A DNA stretch of 64,000 nucleotides from Entomortierella parvispora E1425 (taxonomy: Eukaryota; Fungi; Mortierellomycota), in the NCBI GenBank assembly GCA_020891255.1, contig BQFW01000003.1, positions 1,054,001 through 1,118,000 of the forward strand, written 5' to 3'. Position numbers and translations under genes: made by a program. Shown here piece after piece: positions 11,512-22,897 of the stretch. Below the pieces are notes generated by a model that saw only the letters and a program-made list of their open reading frames with translations, made no database searches and was not told the DNA's origin. How positions within the stretch are numbered: the first letter of the stretch is position 1; each line of letters starts with the position of its first letter.

Positions 11512-13698
11512 TCATTTGGTATTTTGTTCAGCGTCCTGCTTCTGCTCCGCCTTTGACTTGGTTTTGCGCGAGAACTTGAAGATATCTTTTTGGAGTTGAA
11601 CATGGATGGTGTTTACTTGGCCGTTTTCTTCCGTCTCGAAGGTCACCAATGTTCCGAGAACCACCGCAAAGTCCTTCAACACGGTGCGAAACGTATTCAA
11701 GTGGTAATGATCAAGTTTGCCCTCCCACTGACGCAGCTTGACAAACAGGGCTTTCTCTTCCACCTCCTCTTTCTCTTTTTCTTTTCTCTGATCGGCCCCA
11801 TCCGAATCTGGGGCTGTATCCTTGACCTTCTTCTCAAAGATCGAGATCTGGCCATACACAGGGTCAAAGAAGGTACCCGACAATTCCGACATGTCGTGCA
11901 AACAGGGCTTGCCTTCAGTGCGTTCAGGCAGATATCCTTGCACGAACTCATCATTGTACTCGTAACCCATCCTGGTTATCACTTCGCACCTTTCGAAAAG
12001 CCACTCCTTCGATTTTGGAAGATCGAGAAGATCTGCAAAGAAATAGGGCAGAAGCACTGGTAGCCGCGCAATATCCACATTGGACAAGCTGGCGATCGCC
12101 AAATCCGCATCAGGGAACAGAGCCAAGTTGGCGCATGCTCCTGGTATATTTCCAGCTATTGGCATGTCAATACCGACTAGTCAGTCCATCGCGTTCAAAA
12201 CTATTGGACAAGAATCAGCCGTGTTATTATTTTTCAGCAGCAAACACTTACAATGAGAGTACATAGGTCCTTGGCCTTCGTAAGAATTCATGAACCACCC
12301 TAGCCCATAGGCATCCACGGGGCGGGCCAAAATCCGAGCTAGTTCGTGAATTGTTGGCGAAATTGTGGCCCTTCAAGGTCTCTTCGATGCCTTCCTTGCT
12401 CAAGACCTGTTTGCCATCGAGTTCTCCCAACTTCATGACCACTCTAGCCCAACGCACCAAGTCAAGGACGTTGGAGTGCATGTCGCCTGCAGCTGAATCG
12501 GCCATGGGTATGGGATCAAGGTACCCACGCTCAAAAATACCGCGCTTGGCGTTCTCATATGAGGTTGCCATATAGGGGATGGCGTGATTCTCATTCTTGG
12601 CCATCTCTTGGGGAGAAAATCCAGTGTTGGTCAGGCCCAAGGGCTCAAGGATCTTGGACATGACTAATTGCTCGTACTGGATACCGCTAACCCGCGCAGA
12701 CACCTCACCAGCGACAAGGTACATAAAGTTACTATAATTCATCCAGAACTGGAGTTTGCGTGTGGGAAAATCAAGATGCTTGAGGCGCTTGATGAGATCG
12801 AGTCTTGAGCCTTCGACTCGAAACCAGGCAATGTCATCCAGTTCTGGCATGGACTATGAAATGAGAGGGACCAGCTCAATTTTCAATCAGCTACCATGGG
12901 TTGTTCATTGGGGAATCATATGCCTTCTATTTAGCAACACTTACTGTTCGATGAGCGAGAAGATCGGTGATGGTCAATTGCTCAGTATGAAAAGGGTCTT
13001 TCAGTTGAAACTCTCGCAAGTACGTCGACACTGGGGTTTTATCCCAGTCCATTTTTTTCTCAGCGACCAACTCGCCAAGTACGGTGGAGGTGAAGGCCTT
13101 GGTAAGCGAACCAATGGGTGCAAGAGTCTAGAATTGAACAGTTAAACGTGCAGCAGGATTAAGAAAATATAACGATCGACCTTGGCAATGTGCTCCATGT
13201 TTGCAGTGGGAAACACAACTAACCATACCTCCTCCGTGAAGGGATCCTCATCGTTGCGGTTCCCAAACCCCTTGGCGAAAACTATTTCGCCCTTGTACAT
13301 GACTGCAACACTCATGCCCTTGATGCCTCGGCAATACGTGCGCGTTCAATTGTTTCGTAGAGGTCTTTTGGTAGGGCACGGGGGGCGATGGATTGGTTGG
13401 ACACGCTTCTCGTTTGGCCTTGGGGGACCTTGTTGAGCAAAGTGGAGAATTGAGGTCGAGACTTGAAGGTTAAAGGACTGCTCGTCAGACCGCTGTGCTG
13501 CCGCTTCGTGGCGAGGGACGCCTTGCCGACTTTACGGCGCCCTTCGGGGTGCGGGATCGAAGCATCCAGTAAACCTGTGGATGTGAACGATCCCCACCAA
13601 CTGCTGCTCCAATGAAGTAGCCTTTGCTTCGAAATGGACCTTGGGGACTCTTTACACCGAAGTGCAGTCAGCAGTCTATGGAACTGTCCATGAGACAT
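11512..13698 (-). pseudogene. Beta-lactamase/transpeptidase-like serine hydrolase (AmpC-like) with two apparent frameshifts; pseudogene or assembly indels
   Basis: GIKGMSVAVMYKGEIVFAKGFG, SxxK motif (GSLTKAF), LLAHRT, YxN motif (YSNFMY), AAGDMHSNVLDLVRW, AYGLGWF, HSGNIPG. The frame breaks at ~13329 and ~12320 with no plausible intron. Confidence 0.75.
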
Positions 13699-14378
13699 AT
13701 GTGATACAGACCAAAGATGGAGGCAAAGAGGGGAATTCAGGTAAAAGACGCGGCCGAAGCTCTGTCAACAAAAGTTTTTAATTTGCGGCCCTGTCGAGAG
13801 AGCGCCGAAGAGGACTGAGATTCGACAACGCCCTGAAGAGCGGTCCGCCGTCCGAGAAAGGCAAAATCAAGAAAAAGAAAGGCCGCGGGAAGTGAATGAA
13901 CTTTATTGCGCGCTAGGACTTGTCTTTGAACAGCAGCCAGGGGGGGGGGGAGGGTTAAGGATGCTCTGCGAGAAGGATGGCGTTGCAGGAACACCAAGAA
14001 AATGCTCAAAGGTGAAGAAAACCAGCTTCGAAAGCCAAGCCGCAAGTGACATGCGCACGCAAGAATTGACCCGATGTCTCTTTGTGGTCAGATAAATCCT
14101 TTGCACAGGGACACAAGGAGCAGCGTCCCAAGCGACAGCTCTGGACCAAACGGATGCAGCAAAGGACTTTGTTGTCAGCATATCCTCTGTCCCAATCGTG
14201 GTGGGACAACAAAACGACGGTGCGCTGTTGCATCAATAAATTCAGATGGGCGTGAATGCTCCGATCGAGGGCACTCTGTAACCGCAGAGAGTGGAAGGCA
14301 GAGAAAGGGTAAAAGTGTTTTCCTCTTTTCCTTTCTCTTCTTTTCTCCTTTCTCCACACCCTTCCACTCGTCCCAGCA

Positions 14379-16746
14379 ATGTCCAGCAAGCGAGAGTTCT
14401 CAGTGGCTCTTCGTATACCAATACAAAGCGCAAAAGAGGAGGATACAGGATCTGACAGCTTACCAAAGAACGGATTAGGAGGCAAGATACCACGGAAAGT
14501 TCGGCTGCCACTCTCGTCATCATCACATACAAGACTGCGATCGCTCATTTGTGCGATAGTTCTCTTGGGGGTGCTGCAGCTATGGGTGAGCAACTCAAGT
14601 CTTCAACATGATGAGGGCATCCTCGATGCTCATCTCAATCAACTACGCCTCCAACTCCATACACCACCGAGACTCAGGACCCTCCCAGTATCTACATGGA
14701 CCTGCACCTATGAAGGCGATAGCTCGTTGAAAGCCAGGAAGAGTCGACAGTGCATCGTCACCAATGCATGTGTGGACGACAAGGGTAAAAAAGGCATCTT
14801 ACTCGCCTGTGAGAGTCCCTTCCTGACAAGGAGGGGATGCAAAAAAAAAAAAAAAAATAGAAATCTTAAATCATTTCTTCTCTTTCCAACCATAACAGGG
14901 CTCTTCTTGCTTTCTCATAAACAACAACAACAGCAGGATCGTGGACAGGGCGTCAAGGACAGGGACCACGATCAAAATAGCGGCGGTATCCCTGATCATC
15001 ATGGCAGCAACTCACCTCTACCAATGGATACCTTTCCCGAGGTCAACCTGATGTCCTCTCGCGAATCTGCAGATTATTTTTGGCGACCTCGGTTCAAGCC
15101 TATGGGGGATGATTCTGTCCGGATGCATTACAAGGACGAGACCATCTTTGTCTATGGACTCTTCCAACCCGGCCACTTTTCACATTTCCTCTACGACGGT
15201 ATGCTTCCATTATTCAGGCAAGTTTTTCCGAAGTGAGGGACGACATTTAATAAGGTACTGGATAGGCTGACTGGCAAAACATTACCTGTCCGACTATAGC
15301 ACCATGAAGAGGTTTGGAGGCAAGACTTCCTCTTGGCTGTTACGACAGGCGGAATATCTGGGCGAGAACTCGGTCGATCAAGCAGTCTGGGAGGTGGAAG
15401 CTATTATTTCAGAAGGAAGAGAACTTGTTCTGCACTCTTTTGAAGTGGTCAATGCTTCCTTCCAGGCTTTGCCTCCAAAAGACGCGCCGATCTGCTTTGC
15501 TCGGGCCGTGATCGGGCTTGGATCTCAGTGCGGACTAAACTACTGTGCCAATAGCATCCCGACAGAGGTATATCAAGAGTACAGTCGGCGAATCAAGGAG
15601 TACTATTGGCCAAACCCGGAACGCTGGCGTCTCCATATGATTCTTCGAGCAGAGCAGGAGCGGATACGAGGAGATCAAGAACAACATCATCTGGATCGAT
15701 CCCTCGTCTTCTCGCCTACAAAGTGCATCCACAGTGCACAATATTACAACTTTGATCCAGAGTTTTCCACCACCCCTCGATCAGAAGAGCCCCAAGAACG
15801 CCAGGCAAGAGGCCAGCCGGATGATGCTCAAACAGATCCCCGGAAAAGGTCTCTGCCCATTGTGGCGATCCTGAAACGGGAGGGGACACGGTCTGTGATC
15901 AACTTGGACAGAGTCATTTCAGTCATTGCAGAGACAGGTCATTTTCGCCTCAAGGTCATCAGCTACGACCACGGATGTGGCATCCCAGAAACAGCCTATC
16001 TGATGAGAGATGTCCAAATCTTGATCTCGCCCCATGGGAATGCTCTAGGAAGTTCCCTCTGGATGCCTAGTACAGAGCCCTCGAATTCCTCGTTGTCCTA
16101 TTTCCCAACGGTCATCAGCATTGATTCGACCAAATACACCGAAAGCTGGTTCCAGTGGACTACCACCTCCATGGGCCAGCGGTTCATGGTCCATCGCTGT
16201 GGCCCTGCTCACTCAACCCACCCCTTCAAATCTGAGATGAATCCCGCAGTCTGCCCTTTTCATCGCGATATGGACCTGGCCCGGAGGACCCTCTCCAAAG
16301 CGGGACTTGTCTTGAACCCCGAAAAAAAAGACGATGATCTTCTGGAACTGACGGGAGAAGAATTCCCGATCGATCTCTGGGAAAAGTACGGAGGCGAGAA
16401 TGTGAACAAGTTTTTGAACGAGTATTGGAAGAGCCTCTCCCGTTACGCAGATCCGGACCGGTTGCTTGAGATTCTTTACAAGATCCGGGAGTACAATCTT
16501 CCAAGGCAAGAGATCGATGAAGGAGTCAGCGAAAAGAAAATGAGCTTTTTGCAACTCTGTCGTGAGTCAAAATGTTGTGCACCCAGCTGTTCCGGTGTCA
16601 TGCACCGGAATGTGGTTGGGCCTTTGCGAGCGTATGATCAAGACTTGTCAGAGGACAACTGGGGTCGGCTTCGAGATAATGAAGAGCACGACGCGTTTGT
16701 CATGAGCGGTTTGGCCCTTATGGACTGGTTTCCATCGCTGACATAA
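14379..16746 (+). CDS. Type II membrane glycosyltransferase family 61-like (DUF563) protein
   Basis: Single N-terminal TM (LICAIVLLGVLQLWV), then C..TNACV, GHFSHFLYDGM, CFARAVIGLG, ILKREGTRSVINL and VQILISPHGNALGSSLWMP (HGA/NxL motif). Two introns. Confidence 0.7.
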
Positions 16747-16913
16747 ATATCAAAGAACAACAACATTTATATAATTTATGATGCATTTTCTACAAAACGT
16801 GAGTTATGATGGGGATGCGTTAAGATGTTGATGATGAGCGGGATGGATACATTATTAAGACGAAAAGGGGAGAGGGAGGAGAGATGTGAAAAAAGAGTGG
16901 AGAGGGAGTCCTC

Positions 16914-19900
16914 TTAGCGACCAGCGCGACGTTGCTGCAACATCTGTTGATCCATCTCGCGATCACGTCGGCGCTCACGATCACGGATGACGGCGTCCAT
17001 GGCAGCCTTGTTTCTGTCAATGGCCGAAGCGATGCCCTTGATGGTGCGCTCCAGACGAGCAATTAACTCTGTGCACTGGTTACGACTCCGGATGATCTGT
17101 GCCAGACGCTCCTTCCATTCCCGAGCGTCCTTGCCGGTTGAGTTGATGAGCAAGAAGCGGGTTTCTTGCTCAGTCTTGTAGGTCTCCAGCATGGATTCTT
17201 GCAAGAGAGACGTTTGCTTTTCGATGTCCTTGGCAGGGTGAGCAAAGTACACGAGCGTACCATTGTAGTACCGACTGCTTGTTGGGACTTGTTCCGTTCC
17301 TCCTTGGTGGAAGGCAGACAGGATGGCGTTAAAACCATCCAAGGTGACATCGTTCTCGTCGATATCGAGCCAGTTCAGACTTTGATTCGTGCGCAGTGCC
17401 TCGGCCAGTGCCAAAGCACCCTCGTCCTTGAATCGGTTGCGTCTCATGTCCAGCTTTGTCAAGTAACGACTCTCACCCAGACCCATGAAGGACCTCCACA
17501 GATTCTTGCCCATTCGTGATGTCAGATCTGCGGTTTCCTCACCCTGGATGTAAAGCTCCTCCAGGCGACTCGCAGGCGCGCACAACATCTGGCCCAACAA
17601 CTTGCATGTCTCCACATCGGGATCCCGACTGGATGCCAACGAGACAGAGTTCAAGTCCAGCTTCTTGAGCGTGAAGTTCTTGCTCAGACTGATAAAGAGC
17701 TGACGGAGGGCTTGTTCACTCCAGCAAGTTTGTCGAAGACCCAACGAGGTCGCTGTCTCTCCACTGGCCAAGACACTGGTGAGGCTTTCGGGCAGGTCAT
17801 TTCCATCTGAGAGTAAGTTACGGCCAGCCACAATCTCAATCTTTCTGTTACCGCTTTGTCCAATGGCATCGAGAATGCTTCCGAACCGATGACCATCAAG
17901 TCCACAGCCCTCGACTTTAAGGATTTCCAGTGATTCACAACCGGGACTTGAGATCCAATCCAAGATCTGATCCAATGTGCTTGGGTGAAGGGCCATGCCG
18001 CTCAAGTCCAGACACTTCAAGAATCCACCACAGTTGGCTAGGGTCTCGGCCATGAGAATGGGGGACTTGCTCCAAGAGGTCAAGTCTGAGAGATTCAAAG
18101 ACTCCAGTCGCATCGAATGTTTCAGGAACATGTCGAGGATGAACGAGTTGACCTTGCTCTCCGAGTTGCCCTGAATACTAAATTTCTCCAAAGTGTGCGA
18201 AGCCACATCGGGGTTGGCGACAAACGCATGCATGATCTGGTTGATACCGTCGCCTGGGATCTGACATCTGCCCACGTCCAGGGTATGCATCGTGCCTGCA
18301 TGTTTGACAATGCCCTTGGCCAAGGTCATGACATCTGCGCCATCCGAGGCCGAGTTTCCAAATAAATCTAGACTTTCGAGTCGCAATCCTCCAGCATAGC
18401 TGTCTTTGATGGCCCTGCCAATGCTGCCCATCGTGCTAGAGTCTAATTTGCAGTTGTGGAGATCCAAGGAGCGGATTTGAGGATTGCCCATGATGAGCTC
18501 ATAGAATTCTTGATCAAGTCGCAAACCATAACGGAGGGTGCCATCCTTGAGAGTCTTGGGTTTGTGCAATTCGCCAAACGAGATGTCATGAAAGCTAATC
18601 TCCTTGAAGGTCGTGTTGAATCTCAATGCCCTCAGCAGACACTTCATCTCGTCCACGGCGTAGTCCCGTCGCGTCTCCGGTGTGTCCCCAACTTTGCCCA
18701 TAGTGATCCTGAAGCCATCAATCTTGACGTTGCTGAAAACTCTACGGTCCACCCCTGTCGCCATAGCCTCTGCACGAAGAAGGTCATCAAATCCAAGGTC
18801 AGACATGTACTCCTTGGAAGGAACCGGAATCGGTCGGGAGAGGTCCTCAGACAAAGCCAGTTCAATGCCTTTTCTGCTCAAAGGGTACAGCCAACGAAGA
18901 CTTTCCACACGAGCACGAATGGCGATAATGATCTCACGAGCCCTGGCGGATGCAAAAGTTATTTGCACAGTCCGCTGACGGAGGGTTGTTCCAAAAGTAA
19001 GGGTGAATGTGTCGTCCTTTTCCTTGTACTGGATGCTCCGCACTGTCAAAAGTGGATATTGAAGCATTGCGCGCTCGTCCTTCATGTCGTCCTTACTACT
19101 GCCATTGCCGAGGTTATGGGGAAGGATGTGGACACAAGCCGTTCCCACAGCGATCACAACCGTTTTGCCTTCCAAGGCCACCTTGGTCTCGACCGGTCCA
19201 CCTTCAGGGACAGGGACTCCTTTGATCTTTTGGTTCTTGAAGTAGGCCCTCCACATGCCACCAGCAGCCAATGCCGTAGGGTGGTTCTCGGCCACGTTCG
19301 CTGGCAAGGCAATGTGATCATCCTGCATCTTTTCCATCACCCATTGGCGTTGACGAGTGCCCTTGGGGATGATTCCAGCCTGTGCGGCATGATAGTTGCA
19401 TCCTTGACGGAGTTCTTGCAGCCAATTCTCCAACTGATCTGGCGCTGGGGTGAAATGCATTGTTGCGGGCTGGGAGGAGATGGAGACCAGGTATTCGATC
19501 ACAATATTGGTCTCGCTGCCAACGGGCTGCACCGTGTGGATACCCACAATCGAATTGAGGGACAGGATCCGATGATCTTTGGTGATCATGCTGGTCTGCT
19601 GAGGAGTCAAAATCTGATGGCCAGAGGTCGAGGACCACACAGACTGGTTTCCAAAGACCTTGGCTGCCTTCTCCATGGTCTTGTACTTGAGCAAGCTCGA
19701 GTTGGTGAGCATAAGGTACTCTTTGGAATCCTTGCGGAACAGACCTCCATCCGAGTGCACGGCCGAACCCCCGTAGAGAATCAAGGAGTCGACTGGGAAC
19801 TGGTCCTGTGTAGGCATCAGGAAGGACTCGACAGGGACGTGAGGCTGACCTTTGTAGAATCCCTCAGTGGGAACGATGATCGAATCGGTGTTGTGTCTAG

Positions 19901-21144
19901 GCACGAGAGTATTGCGGCTGGCTACAGACTCGTCGGTGGAGACAAAGGAGTGGCCCGAGTAGGCGCGTGCGCGACCGGCAGGCCTGGCTGGTACCGACAT
20001 CGGTCCTGAGGTATTCTGTCTCCGGGAGGAGCCATTGGTGGCGTCTTTTTGAAAGACCCAAAAAAAAAAAAAAAAAAAAAAAAAGTTAATTTCAGGCGTG
20101 ACTGCTCTGCACGTCCACGTTTCTCAACAGACTCCATCGACAGGGTCGAGCAGGGCCTGCTCACATGAGGACGATCGGCTCCCTTTCAGGCCTGTCCTCT
20201 CGTCTGTCCATCTGTTTTCGTCTGTTTGTCTGCCCAGGCTGGACTGGCTGGCTGTCGATTCGGCCCTGTTCGCTCGTTTTGTTGACTGATCTGCTGTCTG
20301 CTTTGTTTGCTCAAGAACCTTATGGGAAAACCTTACCATTCAATGAAAGCGACGGGAAGTCGTTCTGTAGCGGAGAGGTGTTTGGTGACAAATGGGGTGA
20401 TGGCAACCCAGAGGACTGGTGCTGCTGCTGCTGCTGAGAGTAGAGTTGTTGTTGCTGCTGTTGCACTTGCCAAGGGCTCAATGGTCCACTGTTGACAGGA
20501 CTCATGAGGTGCTGTTGTTGTTGTTGGGGAGGGGTCATAATGGGTGTTGAAAGGATGCCAACGTCTGATGCATAGTACTCGGCGTAGTCTAGCTGATCTT
20601 CCAAAAATGATCCGGGCAAGGTTAAAGGTGGAGGCATTGTACCAGAGATCATACCACCCTGCAGTGGGGATCTGGAGCCGCTGTGCGTGGGTGAGCCCGG
20701 GGTCATACGAGGTGATCGATATTGCTGTTGCTGCTGCTGCGGGTAATGGCTCTGCTGGGAAATAGATCCGGACCTCAAAGAATCCTCACGGGTCGAGAGT
20801 GCTGAAGGTGGGAGCTGAAAGGTCATGGGCGAAGGTGGGACTTGACCAGAATAACCGCCACCGTATGCCAAGGGATTTGATCGTGGCGAGGGTCTGGATG
20901 ATTGTGAATAAGTTGAAGGAGAGTAGTATGGATCTTGAATTGTCCCTGATGTCGGCTGCTGTTGTTGAAAGTGTTGATAGTACTGCGATCCGTTCAAGGT
21001 GGGGGAAGCCGTGGCATCGGATTGTTTACGGTTCGAGCGTGGAGGTCGCTGAGGGATTCCAGCGTAGGGGATCTCATCCGAGTTCGAGGGACTATCCAAG
21101 CCATTCCTGTATCCCTGAGGAGCGCGGAGACCTGAGTTTGACAT
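16914..21144 (-). CDS. CARMIL-like / RNI-type leucine-rich-repeat protein with PH-like domain and N-terminal Q/P/S-rich region (~1312 aa, 2 exons)
   Basis: Exon 21144-20337 (808 nt, phase 1, G|GTAAG) joins in frame to exon 20044-16914 (AAAG|ACGCC). LRRs include LRSLDLHNCKL, LESLDLFGN, LTKLDMRRNRFKDEGALALAEALRTN. Confidence 0.8.
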
Positions 21145-22335
21145 TTTCTCTACGTTTAAATGCTGAACGGTCAAAGGGGAAGGACGTATCAGGCACAGGG
21201 TTACACTTTTCGAAAAAGAAAAAAAAAAAAAAAAAAAAAGACAAGAGAAAAGAGACGGAGGACTATCGGTCGACCTACATGCAGTAATGAGCGAAGAAGA
21301 GAGAGAAAGAGAGGATCGGATACGAAGAATCGCTCGACTGCAAGAGTTAAACGGTAGAGGAAGAAGGCGGAGAGTTGAAAGAAAAGGTAAGAAAACTAAG
21401 GTGGTAGCAAAAGGAAAGTAACGGAACGAAAAAGGGAGGAAAGAGAAAAAGTGATTAAAAAAAAAAGGTCGGGCTGGTGGGGGCGTGCGTTGCTTGCAGC
21501 AAAGCTGTGGCGCGACCATCCAATCTGATGATGGATCGCTCTCAAACTGTTCTTTACCCTTGTGTTCCGCCTTTGATCTGTGGGTTCGCAGTCCTCGACC
21601 ATGCACTTCAGACATGATCTGAGGTTCAGGGATTCATTGGGTGGCCATTATAGACACAAGATTGTTACAGGGTCGCCAGAACATCCTGGCTAGATCCCAT
21701 TGGTGAGCTCCATCATCCGTTCGATTCGCTCTCGTTCATTCTTTCCTCCACGAAGCAAAAGCGCAGACTTGGCCCAGACCATTTTTTAGAGCGGGCCTCT
21801 TTTATATTTCCCCTTCTCCCCCTCTTCCCCCACGTCTCAGTCCTAATTCGACGCTCAGGTACCATCTCCGTCGCAAACGAGGAAAGCAAATTCTGCTCGG
21901 TGGGTGGCCCATTCGAATTAAGTCAAATCCCGCTAGTGGAAAAAAAGGGTATCTGTCCCAATGAGGACAACAACGACTTGCCTGCTCCAGCCAATCAGAG
22001 GGCCTCTCTGCCGCAACGTGTTTTCAGGACGCGTTCAAGGTTCTGACTCGCTGTGTTCTATTGCGCCGTCCCTTACTCTGCTCATGCCCTTTTGCTCAAC
22101 GGCTCAAGAGCGAGAACGCCCTGCTGTCGGATCGATGTGAAAGTGAAAAGACTCTTCCGGTTGCCAAATGGCCCTTGCCAATGCTCACAAAAGAAGGAAA
22201 AGAAAATGCCGTTAGACCTCTGGATCCCCGTTGCCTGACGTGCTGGGCTGCTTTCAGTTGAAAAAAAAGCCAAACAAGGACGAACAGCTACGCCTACGAT
22301 CCTCAGGGGTTCTCGTTCTCATAATAGCACACAAA

Positions 22336-22385
22336 CACACACGCACACACACACACACACTCTCTCTCTCTCTTTCTCTCTCTTT
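22336..22385. repeat. Compound (CA)n(CT)n microsatellite
   Basis: acacacgcacacacacacacacactctctctctctctttctctctc. Confidence 0.85.
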
Positions 22386-22897
22386 CGGGAAAACGGCTGG
22401 GTTATACGCGCCGAGCCTTTCCTTTTGCCCCAGAAACTTTTAAACCCAAGATTCGCTGTTATCTCTCTTTCTTTCCTCGATTGACTGTTGAGCACTCGAT
22501 GGACTGTTTAGTCTTCCATAGAAAAGTTTTGCATGTGAGTCTAAACGATCATCACAACAAGCAGTGAATCCAGATGACAGAACACGCTTGCAAAAAAATG
22601 TCATCTTGGACTGATTCTAAATGAAAATTAGCAATTCCACCCTTCTCTTACTCTTCAGGACTAGGGGTCAGTGTCCCTCACGCGAGCTGCTAAAACAAAT
22701 GGGGAAGAGAGAAAACATGTACCATTGAGTAGGTACATGCAGCCAGCGCTTTCGGTAACGGTTCAACAATTCATTTGTCTCGTCCGCTTCTCTGCTTTGA
22801 CGACTTTATTGCTCTTCGGGTACTAAACGAGAGCAAGAAAAAAAAATGAGTGGACTCATAAATATACAATAAGCCCCTCAACCAGGCAAAACGGGTT

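Noticed and set aside
18456-20009. 517-aa ORF antisense to the LRR gene
   Set aside because: Lies wholly opposite a real CDS and has no motifs; a codon-bias shadow.
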